Shown here piece by piece: positions 29,968-40,658 of a DNA stretch of 64,000 nucleotides (positions are counted from its first letter, which is position 1; each line of letters begins with the position of its first letter). The stretch covers positions 23,554 through 87,553 of the IMG/VR virus record IMGVR_UViG_3300037963_003785, one strand, 5' to 3'. The notes beneath the pieces were generated by a model that saw only the letters and a program-made list of their open reading frames with translations, did no database searches and was not told where the DNA came from. Both the position numbers and the translations under genes were made by a program. The stretch is from a virus.

Positions 29968-30931
29968 TTTTTAAATACCACTCTATTGTTTCTTTGATAC
30001 CATCCTTTAGATTTTTTGTTGGTTTAAAACCATAACTTTCTGCTAAAGTTGTATCCATTAATCTAATGTTATCCCCTTTATTTTTTTCGTCACCCATCCA
30101 CTCAACTTTTTTACCATAGTATGCTGCAATTGTATCGACAATTTGTTTTATTTTAAATCCTTGTCCACTTCCAAGATTAACCACGTCATTTACTTTATTT
30201 TCAACAAGATGTATCATACCTCTAGCTACATCCTCTGAATTGATAAAATCCCTAACAGGAGTTCCGTCACCCCAAGCTCTTATAACTCTTGACTTGTGTC
30301 CTTTTTTTATGATTGACGGAATCACCATAGAATCAGGCCCAAAATTATCATAAAGACCATAAACGTTTGCAGGTCTAACACTCGTATAACTTGTCCACTT
30401 TCCACCATCTGAATCTCTGTAACAATCCAAAACTAATTCACCCATACGTTTAGCCCATGCAGGATACCAATCGTTTTTAGATGGAAATGTTTTCCACACG
30501 TCACTTTCCACAAAACGTTCTGACTCAGCATACACCCCTACCGAACTTGTGTTTAGAATCCAATCAGCAGAACAACGTTTTGCAGCTTCCAATAAATTAG
30601 TATTGAATTGTAACATTGGTATAAAGTATCTTGCTGGATTGGTCAATGCACTCTTAGGACTACCCTTTACTCCTGCAAGATGAAACACAATGTGTTGGTC
30701 TTGACATATGTGATAACAATCTTTCATGGTTCTTAAATCAACACTATGATAAAATGTATTTTCCTGTGGCCATTTGAATCTTGATTTTCCATGTATATCA
30801 GACAGAGTTAATACACAATTATAATTATCAAGTAATAACTTTGTTAATTGGTATCCAATCATACCATTAGCACCAGTAATTAATATGTTCTTACCATTTA
30901 GGTTGATTTTACTTTTCATTGTAGTAATCAC
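29927..30931 (-). CDS. GDP-fucose-synthase-like SDR paralog
   Basis: GANGMIG, WAKRMGE, RPANVYG, WGDGTPVRDFI. Confidence 0.85.
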   Translation of the reverse strand: MITTMKSKINLNGKNILITGANGMIGYQLTKLLLDNYNCVLTLSDIHGKSRFKWPQENTFYHSVDLRTMKDCYHICQDQHIVFHLAGVKGSPKSALTNPARYFIPMLQFNTNLLEAAKRCSADWILNTSSVGVYAESERFVESDVWKTFPSKNDWYPAWAKRMGELVLDCYRDSDGGKWTSYTSVRPANVYGLYDNFGPDSMVIPSIIKKGHKSRVIRAWGDGTPVRDFINSEDVARGMIHLVENKVNDVVNLGSGQGFKIKQIVDTIAAYYGKKVEWMGDEKNKGDNIRLMDTTLAESYGFKPTKNLKDGIKETIEWYLKNENSSRSKSNTSK

Positions 30932-31442
30932 CCCACTCTACAATAAGTGAAGAACCCTCTCCATGATAAGCGTCTTGGAAAGCTGGTAATATCTCTTCAG
31001 GTTCATTTAACAATACAACATTAACTTCATTTAATAGGTCTTTGAATATTTGGGTGTAGTCCTGTGTGTGTTGGATACCACCATTCAAAGGATGTTTTGC
31101 ACCTATTGATGTTCTCATGATAACTTTAGGTTTAAAATTACCCTCAGTCATTTCTTGCATTTTATCAAGGTGATTTACCAAAGAATCCATTGCTCTCATT
31201 AAAAAGTCAAATCTTGGAAAACAACTTATTGGGATATGTCCTTCAAGTGCCATTCCAACACTCATACCCATTTGTATTTCCTCAAAGACTGGTGTTTCTA
31301 TTTTCTTACTATCGTCTAAAGTGCTTAAAGTATTATAGATTGCATTACCACTATATTTTACAGATTGACCCATAAAGATAGTGTCGTCTTGTTGACCCAA
31401 CCATTCCATACTATTTATTAATTCATCTTTGTATTTCATCAT
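30909..31442 (-). CDS. ThDP-dependent E1-beta/transketolase pyrimidine-binding subunit, short
   Basis: FMGQ, ETPVFEE.QMGM.VGMAL.G, GIQHTQD; lacks the C-terminal domain. Confidence 0.85.
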   Translation of the reverse strand: MMKYKDELINSMEWLGQQDDTIFMGQSVKYSGNAIYNTLSTLDDSKKIETPVFEEIQMGMSVGMALEGHIPISCFPRFDFLMRAMDSLVNHLDKMQEMTEGNFKPKVIMRTSIGAKHPLNGGIQHTQDYTQIFKDLLNEVNVVLLNEPEEILPAFQDAYHGEGSSLIVEWGDYYNEK

Positions 31443-31447
31443 AACTC

Positions 31448-32065
31448 CTAAAATAAAACCCAATTGCCAGTACCATGATGTGGATACTCACGTTCGTATT
31501 TATAATATATTACATTTTCAGGTACTTCTCGTTTACCACCCCAAGTTTCATCAGTAGGTGTGTTTGTACTCATATTGTTATCCTCGACCACAAATTGTAA
31601 TGGTAAATCAAGGTTAGTTGCATACTTATGTGCCTCATAAAACAATCCACTTTCAAATGTCATGTCTCCGATAAAACACCAAGTCTTGTTTTTACTACCA
31701 CTTAACTTTTGTGTTTGTGCAGTTCCAAGAGCCAATGGTATGATTCCACCAACAATTGATGAGGAATAAAACTTAGGTTCTGTAGAATAAACACTCATAC
31801 TTTTACCACGTACAATTAAATCTTTTAGTGTCTCTCTTGGAATACCATGTAGTAACGCATGATAATGATTTCTCCAACTACTAAAGACCCAATCATCTTT
31901 GTCTACGTCTTTAAAAATTTCTATCAGTTGGTCTTCATTCCCACCACTCAAATGAACTGGTGCAGTAATTTTACCATCCTCATATATTTCTTTTATTTCA
32001 GTTTCAAAGTCTATTAAAAAAGACTTATCGTCTGCTCTCTGTATACTTTCTTGTCCTCTTATCAT
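31448..32065 (-). CDS. ThDP-dependent E1-alpha subunit, short
   Basis: VHLSGGNE, WRNHYHAL, SIVGG, IGDM..ESG..YE, FVVEDN. Confidence 0.85.
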   Translation of the reverse strand: MIRGQESIQRADDKSFLIDFETEIKEIYEDGKITAPVHLSGGNEDQLIEIFKDVDKDDWVFSSWRNHYHALLHGIPRETLKDLIVRGKSMSVYSTEPKFYSSSIVGGIIPLALGTAQTQKLSGSKNKTWCFIGDMTFESGLFYEAHKYATNLDLPLQFVVEDNNMSTNTPTDETWGGKREVPENVIYYKYEREYPHHGTGNWVLF

Positions 32066-32553
32066 CTGTCCCTCCCAAATAATATGGGTTTATTATGTGG
32101 CCATTCAAATCCCCACATCTCATCATCCCATTTAATTACGAATTGCTTGTCGATGTCATTATAGTCACCATCAAATGCTAACTTATAATGAAATGTACAA
32201 TCATCACTTAAAACAAAATGCCCGTTTCCACAACCTGGTGGAACCAAAACTTGTTTTCTATTTTCTGCTGATAGTACAAACCAATCCCAATCTTTGTAAG
32301 TTGGTGAATCTTCTCTATTGTCTGCAACTATCAAATAAAATTTACCATAAACACAATTGATAAGTTTCCATGTTTCAAAATCTCCATGTAACCCTCGTAT
32401 TGTATTTTTTCTTGAGTGAGAAAATTTATCAAATCTCCAATTTAGTTTTGGATATTCTTCACTATCCCAAGTGGTATAAATATCTCCTCTAAAATCTTCC
32501 CAAGCTTCTGGTTCAAATACTTTTAAATCTTTAATCATAACTTTTCTCTCCAA
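32062..32553 (-). CDS. rmlC: NDP-4-keto-6-deoxyhexose 3,5-epimerase
   Basis: D.RG, RGLHG, KLINCVYG, D.REDSPTY, VPPGCGNGH. Confidence 0.9.
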   Translation of the reverse strand: MERKVMIKDLKVFEPEAWEDFRGDIYTTWDSEEYPKLNWRFDKFSHSRKNTIRGLHGDFETWKLINCVYGKFYLIVADNREDSPTYKDWDWFVLSAENRKQVLVPPGCGNGHFVLSDDCTFHYKLAFDGDYNDIDKQFVIKWDDEMWGFEWPHNKPILFGRDR

Positions 32554-33512
32554 TAATCTAAAAGGTCATCACATATTTCTTCTAAACCTTTCGTTGGTTC
32601 CCATCCAGTTTCTTTTCTAAACTTACTTGTATCAGGTACTTGTAAGGTAATATCAGTTGGTCTAACTCTATCTTGGTCAAGTAAAGGCTCTAAACCCTTT
32701 TTGGTAGACTTACTAATCAACATATTTAGTGCATCACCAACTGTACAGGTGTAGTCTCCACCTATATTATATCGTTGTCCAACTCTACCTTTTTTCTTTA
32801 CCAACCAATATGCATGTACAGCATCATCAATATGACTATAAGTTCTAACGGAATCTAAATTACCATGTCTGATATAACCATCTCCGTTACCCTTTTCATT
32901 CTGTACAACTTGGTGTGCAAACCACGATAGAGCAAACATCTTACCTCTACGTGAACCCTCGTGACTAAACATTCTTGTTATGATAACTTTCATATCATAA
33001 GCAGTGTGATAGTATTCTGAAATAAAATCATGTGCTACCTTAGATATAGAATATGGATTAGCAGCTCTTAATGGTTGAGACTCGGTCATCGGTAATTCTT
33101 CTCTCTTTGGATTACCATAAACCTCTGATGAAGACACACTTACAATCAAAGGATTACAAATACCATCATCTTTTGCTAATCTTAATTCTTCTAATAGGTT
33201 GGTAGTTCCTATAACATTAGTAGTTAGTGTCTGAACAGGTAATTGAAAACTTGTTTCTGGAAAACTTTGAGCTGCAAAATGATAAACAACATCAGGTTTA
33301 GAATCACGAATTACCATGTTGAGACTACTTCTATCAAGTAAATCACATTCATATAATTTTACTTTGGGATGTCCTATTAGATGTTCTATATTTTCGTGGT
33401 TACTTCTCCAACGTTTGAGTGCATATACTTCCACGTCATCTACATTATCTAATAGATAGTCAGCCATGTGACTTCCTACAAAACCTGTTATTCCTGTTAT
33501 CAATACTCGCAT
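32535..33512 (-). CDS. gmd: GDP-mannose 4,6-dehydratase
   Basis: GITGFVGSH, HFAAQSFP, SSSEVYG, PYSISK, GNLDSVR, RPTDI. Confidence 0.85.
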   Translation of the reverse strand: MRVLITGITGFVGSHMADYLLDNVDDVEVYALKRWRSNHENIEHLIGHPKVKLYECDLLDRSSLNMVIRDSKPDVVYHFAAQSFPETSFQLPVQTLTTNVIGTTNLLEELRLAKDDGICNPLIVSVSSSEVYGNPKREELPMTESQPLRAANPYSISKVAHDFISEYYHTAYDMKVIITRMFSHEGSRRGKMFALSWFAHQVVQNEKGNGDGYIRHGNLDSVRTYSHIDDAVHAYWLVKKKGRVGQRYNIGGDYTCTVGDALNMLISKSTKKGLEPLLDQDRVRPTDITLQVPDTSKFRKETGWEPTKGLEEICDDLLDYWREKL

Positions 33513-33647
33513 AAAAAAATGCCTCCCAAATAAAGTAAGACATTCTGTATTGAATGCCTCCCATAGTTTATAGTCTTATTGTGGTGGGTTAGGTCTTTCA
33601 GGATTGGCTACCCGAGTTATCACCACTTGACTGTATATAAATATATA
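33513..33647 (-). promoter_or_regulatory. Structured 5' leader of gmd operon
   Basis: TATTTATA at 33636-33643, nested stems, 11-nt direct repeat TGGGAGGCATT (33553-33563 and 33518-33528). Confidence 0.6.
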
Positions 33648-34487
33648 TCAAGTTAGCCATGGATTAATTAATTTTTTCTCATTTTTATTTATATAATCCC
33701 AATTCTCTTGTTGATACAAATGTCTTTGATTAGATGTTAGTATTTCAAATCCAGATATTTCATTAAATACATGACCAAAATACATTTCAACTCCATGTCG
33801 ATGTGGGTCGTTATATAAACCATCAACATCATTCCATTTACTATTACTAAATAATTTTTTATTGTTAACCCAAAAGAAAGTTCCTGAATAATGCCATCCT
33901 ACATATTTTAGTTTATCTGCAGTTGTTGGCCAATTTACTTTAGTATTATCATCTCTTAAATCCCAATGTTCAAAATTAGTAATTTTAAAACAACCAGCAG
34001 TAGAATAGTTTTTTAATATAGTATCGAGTTTATCAACGTACTTTAAATTAAATTTATACATTGATTCTGTCCAAGTCAATATTGGTTTTATTGTATCAAA
34101 ATATGATACACCCTTTGTGTGTGCATAAAAAGTCATTTCATCTTCTAAACTATAAACCTTTTCTAACATATCTCTAAACGTATATATCTCTCCGATGGTA
34201 GGGTCGTTTTCGTAAAATTGTATATCGGCTTTTTTTGGAAAAAAACTTTTTATATAATCTTCATCAGTATGTGTAACTAAATCCCTTTGTCCTAAATCAT
34301 AATGTTTTCCGATAAGTTTTTTATAATCATCTCCAGTATTTTTTTCTATACAAACAGATATTATCAATCTATCAAATATCTTAAAATCATTAGAATATTC
34401 TTTTAACCAATTTATATTTTTTATCCAAACATCATTTCCCTTAACAGGAAATACGTGATATAATAATGTTTTTTTCATATTACCCAA
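33648..34487 (-). CDS. Hypothetical glycan-locus protein, HTKG family
   Basis: FYAHTKGVS, HYSGTFFW. Confidence 0.55.
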   Translation of the reverse strand: MGNMKKTLLYHVFPVKGNDVWIKNINWLKEYSNDFKIFDRLIISVCIEKNTGDDYKKLIGKHYDLGQRDLVTHTDEDYIKSFFPKKADIQFYENDPTIGEIYTFRDMLEKVYSLEDEMTFYAHTKGVSYFDTIKPILTWTESMYKFNLKYVDKLDTILKNYSTAGCFKITNFEHWDLRDDNTKVNWPTTADKLKYVGWHYSGTFFWVNNKKLFSNSKWNDVDGLYNDPHRHGVEMYFGHVFNEISGFEILTSNQRHLYQQENWDYINKNEKKLINPWLT

Positions 34488-35242
34488 TCTTTTAATTTTG
34501 TTGGTATTTGATATTTTTCTCTATCAGGCCATTTTGATAAATCTGTATAGATTCCATGAAATCCAAATTGATTTTCATATTTTAAATCTCCTTGTCGTGG
34601 TGACTCCGAAGAAAAGTTCCATTCTACCCACGATGATTTTGGCCAAACACAACCTTGTGATTCAAGAAAATCTCTATTCATTCTACATATCACATGGTCT
34701 TCTGGTCTTACTTTATCTACATAAACTTTTTCAAAAACCCCATCGTTATTATTATGAGCAACAGTTACTAACTCAGCATTAACTATTTCATATTTACAAT
34801 ATGACTGAACTAAATTCATCAGTTTTTTAGAACGCCAACTAAAACCACCATTACCTACGTTACCATTTGTTCTCTTTGAACCACCAAAACTACCATCACC
34901 ATCTTTGAAGTCCCATCTAGCTCCCATATAATCATACTGATTAAAAAACTCAGGACTATATTGTTCTGCATTACAAACCCAACTATCAGACTGAATCAAC
35001 AACATATAGTCTGTATCAAAATAATCGTTCATATAATTTAAACAAAAATACTGATACTCAGTTGATGAAGGCATCGGTCTTATCTTTTCATGAAATTCAT
35101 GGTCAACATCAAATGGTGTTAATAACTTTACATCATCAAACTCACATTGGTCTAATGTTATTTCTAATGACTTTAGAATCTTATCAACATTATAACTAAC
35201 ACCCTCTATGGCTATGAGAGTTGTGTCTTCTATCTTAGTCAT
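34475..35242 (-). CDS. DUF5672-like putative glycosyltransferase
   Basis: YDYMGA.W, VGNGGFSWRS, PED, FGFH. Confidence 0.75.
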   Translation of the reverse strand: MTKIEDTTLIAIEGVSYNVDKILKSLEITLDQCEFDDVKLLTPFDVDHEFHEKIRPMPSSTEYQYFCLNYMNDYFDTDYMLLIQSDSWVCNAEQYSPEFFNQYDYMGARWDFKDGDGSFGGSKRTNGNVGNGGFSWRSKKLMNLVQSYCKYEIVNAELVTVAHNNNDGVFEKVYVDKVRPEDHVICRMNRDFLESQGCVWPKSSWVEWNFSSESPRQGDLKYENQFGFHGIYTDLSKWPDREKYQIPTKLKDWVI

Positions 35243-36113
35243 GGTTACTTGGTGTTCCTATTATTGTGTCATCTCCATCCATAACTCTATCTACTAAATC
35301 TTGAAAAGGTAAAGTAGTTTCATACCCCCACTTTTTTAAATCTTTCCATTGACGTAAATCAGTCCATATATTATGAAAACCAAATTGTCCTTCCCACATA
35401 CCAGGTGATTCTCTATCTCCATTCAAAAAATCTTTATAAGTTGCATCAGTAGCCTCAACTGAAAACTTTTCTGCTAATTCTACTGGTGCAAATTTAAAAC
35501 CATTGTCATGTAAAAATGAACCATTTAGTCTTGCCATGGTTTGGTCATCTGGTCTAATACCTGGAACGTAACCGAGTGTACCATCTATCTTACGATTGAA
35601 ATGGTCATAGTAAGGTTTTTTTGCGTCATAGTCAAATACTCTACGAAATTTAAAATTCTCTTGTACAAACTTTAAAAGTCTTCTACTTCTTAGACTAAAT
35701 CCACCGTTACCTACCTTTCCATATGTTGAGCCTGATTTTAAACCACCCCAAGAATCTTCATCACCTCTTATGTCCCACCAAGCACCAATGTAATCATATT
35801 CTAAAAATTCGTCTGTCCATGCCTTTGGATTACAAACCCAAGAGTCCCAATTTATAACTAAACAAAAATCCGTATCCACATAATCATATAACTCCGCCAT
35901 AGCAAATAAATTATATTTCTGTAATGTATCTAAAGCTCTGTTAACAACGAATATATCTTTATCATCATAGTGTGATTGTGGTGTTAAAACTTTTACATCT
36001 GCAAAATCAATATACCATTTACATATATTTTTTGCTTTCAAAGTCATATCCATATGAGAGTTTCTACCCTCAATAACAATAAGTGTAACATTATCAAGTT
36101 TTAATTTACTCAT
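35235..36113 (-). CDS. DUF5672-like putative glycosyltransferase paralog
   Basis: YDYIGA.W, VGNGGFSLRS, PDD, FGFH. Confidence 0.75.
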   Translation of the reverse strand: MSKLKLDNVTLIVIEGRNSHMDMTLKAKNICKWYIDFADVKVLTPQSHYDDKDIFVVNRALDTLQKYNLFAMAELYDYVDTDFCLVINWDSWVCNPKAWTDEFLEYDYIGAWWDIRGDEDSWGGLKSGSTYGKVGNGGFSLRSRRLLKFVQENFKFRRVFDYDAKKPYYDHFNRKIDGTLGYVPGIRPDDQTMARLNGSFLHDNGFKFAPVELAEKFSVEATDATYKDFLNGDRESPGMWEGQFGFHNIWTDLRQWKDLKKWGYETTLPFQDLVDRVMDGDDTIIGTPSNHD

Positions 36114-37206
36114 CCCAAAACCCTTTTAATTTAGTTTTTAAAAATTTAGACCACTCATTATTTGCATTCTCACTTGGATGAAAATTATCATCACCAAATC
36201 CAAGATTTTGAAGTCGTGTAAACTCTCCAAGTCCAGCTCTTGGAACCAAGTCGTTTTCCCAAAATACAAATTTATCCCAATTAATTTCATCATATAAATG
36301 CTGTGAGTATGGAAAACAATCAACATATCTTGGATAATTATTCATATCTGGTATTTCTTCATTGTGAACTCCAAATTGTAATGGATAGGTATGAGGAGCA
36401 AAATCACCTTTGTCATTATAATTTGGATGGGTAGAAATGTCATTACATTGCCACACCGTCATAAAATATTTTATATTCTTTGATTCCAAATAATTTTGTA
36501 CAAATAGTATATTTTTTAAATAATCATAATAAGAAGTAGAATGATGATGAACTCTATCATAATAAATTTGTGGCCATTTTTCGAACGTAGCTTCATTATC
36601 AATATAATCTCTTGCTCTCGCATCACCACCAACTAAAAAATACATATGTCCTGCATCTTTTAATTTTTTCCAATGAGTTCTTTTAACATCACCTCCTGAT
36701 TCATGATGGTCTTCATTTATAACTGATGGATTCATATAACTATGAGCTAAAGTAAAATCTATAAAAGGTGGGTCGATGTATATATTTTTAATTTCTTCTT
36801 TAGATGGTTGAACCTCATTGAAATAAATATTTGATTTATCAATATACACAGCCTTTCTTTCCCATCCTGTCCACATAATACCAACCCTAATGTTTTCTGG
36901 TTTATGTTTTTTTAATAACTTGTTTACTTGTCCAATGACTCTATAAGTTACCAAATCATTACCACCAGATGACATTGCTAAATTGTAACTTTTCCCACGA
37001 AAACGATTTGGATAGTACTTATCCACGTAAATTTCATCAAACTTATAATATGAAGTAGTCGTCCCATCTTCTTTAACAAATATAGGGTCTTCATTGTGAG
37101 CATCAATTGTCTCATCAGAATCAAGGAATGATGGCCAACAAAAGTGTTCACTAAAACTACATCCTGAATATACGTTAAATAAAGGTGTCTTATACACAGA
37201 ATTCAT
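36106..37206 (-). CDS. SGNH-hydrolase-like protein (acyltransferase/esterase candidate)
   Basis: SGCSFS, NLA.SSGGN, DNFHPS. Confidence 0.6.
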   Translation of the reverse strand: MNSVYKTPLFNVYSGCSFSEHFCWPSFLDSDETIDAHNEDPIFVKEDGTTTSYYKFDEIYVDKYYPNRFRGKSYNLAMSSGGNDLVTYRVIGQVNKLLKKHKPENIRVGIMWTGWERKAVYIDKSNIYFNEVQPSKEEIKNIYIDPPFIDFTLAHSYMNPSVINEDHHESGGDVKRTHWKKLKDAGHMYFLVGGDARARDYIDNEATFEKWPQIYYDRVHHHSTSYYDYLKNILFVQNYLESKNIKYFMTVWQCNDISTHPNYNDKGDFAPHTYPLQFGVHNEEIPDMNNYPRYVDCFPYSQHLYDEINWDKFVFWENDLVPRAGLGEFTRLQNLGFGDDNFHPSENANNEWSKFLKTKLKGFWDE

Positions 37207-38374
37207 CCATTTGTTTTATGATATCTTTACCATCATGTTTTTCCATCAAAACTTGTTGGTTGTGACAAACATCATCCTTGACTAAATCATACCAATCATT
37301 AGCGGAATAATTCATATCAATAATTCTTTTTAATTCGTTTACAACACACGATACAGTATTTCCCCAAGACTCAACACCATGTCTTTCATATGATGTATCA
37401 AAAATATTATCAAAAACTTTAAACCCTAAACTCTTTAGAAATGTTAAACCACCTTTGTTACATACTGATATAAACGGGTGTCCTAATGTAATGGGTTTAA
37501 AAATCTTCTCAGACCAAAATGATGTTTGTTGTAAAGTTTCAGAACGTATGGTATCTATACTACTTTCAGAAACCACACTTAATCTACTATTCACATAATA
37601 ATTAAAAGCGATATCTAAGTCCCAATCATCAAAAGGTGCTGGATTTTTACCATCGTCTTTGATATCAAGGTAATCATAATTATCTTCTATCGTCACTCCA
37701 TCCCAAATATGACTAACATATCCTTTATCATATAAGCCCTCTGATTTTAAAAGAGATAACAAAAACTTTCTTTGTTTATGTGGTCTTCTTAACATACATA
37801 AAAAATCTTTGTAGAATAAATTAGGTTGTCTGTTAACATAATTTAATTTATTAAAATTATTTTTTAAAGCTCCAGCTGAAATCATCATTGCCCTATTCCA
37901 ATACATAAATTTTTTAATTGGACTATCTTGAGTGCCTTGACTTGGTAGTTCTATCAATTCTCGTTGGTCTGATACCCAATAGGGTGAGTTACTCCGAACC
38001 TTTCTCCAATCTTTGTAATTTTGTTCCATATTATAATCACTATGTAAAACTATCACCTTATCCATCTCTAATCCAAACTCTAAACAACACTCAGACAAAT
38101 AGTTAAAACTTCCCCAAAAAGGGCCAGGTTCACCACTAAAATCAAAGACCCAATATTCGTTTGGAAACTTGTCAAGAAGTTTTCTAAAAAGTTGTTTAAA
38201 AATTCCTTCTCTATATCGACCATCATACCATACGTGATTCCAAACTAATTGATAACAATCGGTAAAAAAAGTATAGGGTACATATGGAATCAAAAGGTCA
38301 AACCTTGTAGACTCGTTAAAAAACATTTCTTTTGGTTTTCCTTGTCTAATAAATTTTTCGTGTCTTTCACTCAT
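37190..38374 (-). CDS. 'TEK' family paralog 2
   Basis: SVVSES..FWSEKIFKPI..GHPFI..L..LKSLGF.VF...FDTSYE. Confidence 0.55.
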   Translation of the reverse strand: MSERHEKFIRQGKPKEMFFNESTRFDLLIPYVPYTFFTDCYQLVWNHVWYDGRYREGIFKQLFRKLLDKFPNEYWVFDFSGEPGPFWGSFNYLSECCLEFGLEMDKVIVLHSDYNMEQNYKDWRKVRSNSPYWVSDQRELIELPSQGTQDSPIKKFMYWNRAMMISAGALKNNFNKLNYVNRQPNLFYKDFLCMLRRPHKQRKFLLSLLKSEGLYDKGYVSHIWDGVTIEDNYDYLDIKDDGKNPAPFDDWDLDIAFNYYVNSRLSVVSESSIDTIRSETLQQTSFWSEKIFKPITLGHPFISVCNKGGLTFLKSLGFKVFDNIFDTSYERHGVESWGNTVSCVVNELKRIIDMNYSANDWYDLVKDDVCHNQQVLMEKHDGKDIIKQMDEFCV

Positions 38375-40658
38375 ATAATATCCCATATACTTTATCAAAT
38401 ATTTGTTTGTGCATATTGTTATTTGTAGCGTAGTTTAATAAATGATTATAATTGTGTTCTATGATATCGAAGTTATCATGATACAAATCATGTAACTCTT
38501 CAAGTGATAAACCACATAATCTATCAACCTCTTTAGCAATCGATTCTAACCTATCATAATTATCTTTTACATCATCATATGACTCATCAATAAACTTATC
38601 AAATGTTCTAAATCCCAACTCCTTTAGCATCTGTAAAGAATGTCTTGCTCCCACATAAATAAATGGTAATCCATACATCATGGGTTTGAATACTTTTTCA
38701 CTTAGGTACATCGTATCATTATTACTATATACAGACTCAGTAGCTATCTGAAAATATGCATTCTGAAAGGAATCCTTCAATAACATTTGAGGACTTAAGG
38801 ATGACGCGTGAACGTGTGAATCACTTAACGCATCTTTTAAACTATCCTCAATCACCAAAGGTGATATCTCAAGTAACTTTTGTTTATACCTTTCTAAATC
38901 TTTTTGTTTGTTAGAATCTTTTACCAACCTTTCCATAGGTTCTTTCCATGCTGGAAAAGACTTCCCACCAAGACTCACAATACCTTTGTCAAGATTATCA
39001 TCTCTTAATAACATGGACATCAATACGTGTTTGTGTAATCTTGGATTTCTATTATGTGTTATAAAGTGATACTTTCTTTTTTTATCCTTACTAATTTCAT
39101 TCAATAATAGAACAGACTTTTTATATCCCTCGTGTTGTTCAAGTTCATTTTTTTCTTTAGTAATTCTCAAACCATCTTTTAGAGTTTTAAACATCTGAGA
39201 TGTAATGTTTAGTTCTGAATTTGTTGCCATAACATTGATTGGTTTTTGATAAGAAAAATTATGTAATGAACCTTGACTATAACCAGGATGACCAAATGCC
39301 CAAGAGTTATATGCTTCCTCTAATTTATGGTTACTAATTAAAAATAATATCTGACTTGGTGGTATTTTATTTTTATCTATCACGTGATGTAACTCATCAA
39401 AGAATTCAAACAGACCATCACCATCACCATAAGAATTATTTTCAACATACCCCTCATGGATATAACTTATTACTAATAAACAATTACCTTTTTGTACCTG
39501 TTCCAATACACCAGGTGACATGAAGTCAACAAAAGTTCTCCCATGATGATGTGGACTATCTTTAATTACACCAAGAATATTAAGAGGTGTTCCATAAGGT
39601 TCAACAACATACACAAACTTTTCTCTATCTGGCCTATTAACATTTAATGATTTATCACCACTATGTCTTAGATTAGATTCGGTGTCGGGTAGTTTTAAAA
39701 ATTCACTACAAGAACCAAAGTGTAAATTATATCCAGTTTCTATATAAGGTATATCAAAAAATGCAGTTCTTTGGGTGGTTGGTCTTGGGTCTTGATGAAT
39801 TACACCACAATGGTCACACTCTCCGTTATACAAATCATTCCAACGTTCATGAAAAAAAGGCATTGGGTCTCCACCATGTCTAATCATTTCACTAACGTAT
39901 CTTGGTGCTAAACCATTTGGAATCGGCCCGTAAGGCCCCATGTAATCAAAACCAAAATTTAGGTCAATCTTATCAACCACTTTAGGTGTTTCTTTATAAA
40001 CAACTGGACTTTGACAAACCATATATTTAGAACTATTTGCTTCTTGTGTGAAACCATCACCATACTTTTTAGGTGGTAATTTAGAAATATACTCACAACT
40101 ATAATCTTTAAATAAATTTTCTATATCTATAGTAATATCATCAGTTAGATTACTATCAGATACTATCCACCCACCAGAAACCATTTTACTTTTTGCCCAC
40201 AGATAACCACGTTCTCTAAGTAATGGTGTTCGTTTCCAACTACCCAAATCATTATGTAGTAACGCAATATCAAAATTATGGATACCAACTCTATCTAAAT
40301 CATTACAATCAAATATTTCTATGTTTGGATGATTTGTTGGATTAAATAAATCATATCCTATAACTCTATCTTCTCCAAACTTTTCAATCAAATGGTCAAG
40401 TGTCTTTCCATTACCAGCACCCAACACAACAATCTTTCCATTCTTAGGTATTGGTAATTGAAAAATTATTTGTCTATATAACGAATTTATTGGATATGAT
40501 GAATCATATGGGCCTGTTTCTGGATTATCATCTTCAAACCAATATGACTCATCGTAAAAAGCAGTTTCATCATTTTTAGCATGTAAGATACTGATATAGT
40601 CTTTCCACGTAGACCACCTATCATCATTATGTTTTTTTAACAACTCTTGAAAGTTCAA
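38367..40658 (-). CDS. SAM-methyltransferase-like domain fused to 'TEK' family paralog 3
   Basis: VVLGAGNG..GYD, then IATES..YLSEKVFKPM..LPFI..GFRTF..FIDESYD; probable TTG start overlapping the upstream TGA. Confidence 0.6.
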   Translation of the reverse strand: MNFQELLKKHNDDRWSTWKDYISILHAKNDETAFYDESYWFEDDNPETGPYDSSYPINSLYRQIIFQLPIPKNGKIVVLGAGNGKTLDHLIEKFGEDRVIGYDLFNPTNHPNIEIFDCNDLDRVGIHNFDIALLHNDLGSWKRTPLLRERGYLWAKSKMVSGGWIVSDSNLTDDITIDIENLFKDYSCEYISKLPPKKYGDGFTQEANSSKYMVCQSPVVYKETPKVVDKIDLNFGFDYMGPYGPIPNGLAPRYVSEMIRHGGDPMPFFHERWNDLYNGECDHCGVIHQDPRPTTQRTAFFDIPYIETGYNLHFGSCSEFLKLPDTESNLRHSGDKSLNVNRPDREKFVYVVEPYGTPLNILGVIKDSPHHHGRTFVDFMSPGVLEQVQKGNCLLVISYIHEGYVENNSYGDGDGLFEFFDELHHVIDKNKIPPSQILFLISNHKLEEAYNSWAFGHPGYSQGSLHNFSYQKPINVMATNSELNITSQMFKTLKDGLRITKEKNELEQHEGYKKSVLLLNEISKDKKRKYHFITHNRNPRLHKHVLMSMLLRDDNLDKGIVSLGGKSFPAWKEPMERLVKDSNKQKDLERYKQKLLEISPLVIEDSLKDALSDSHVHASSLSPQMLLKDSFQNAYFQIATESVYSNNDTMYLSEKVFKPMMYGLPFIYVGARHSLQMLKELGFRTFDKFIDESYDDVKDNYDRLESIAKEVDRLCGLSLEELHDLYHDNFDIIEHNYNHLLNYATNNNMHKQIFDKVYGILYE

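Noticed and set aside
30909-32065. Pyruvate dehydrogenase as a central-metabolism auxiliary gene
   Set aside because: Truncated subunits, no E2/E3, embedded in an NDP-sugar operon.
33460-33564. Upstream ORF MGGIQYRMSYFIWEAFF.. overlapping gmd out of frame
   Set aside because: No SD and no other support; better explained by the RNA repeat, though not excluded.
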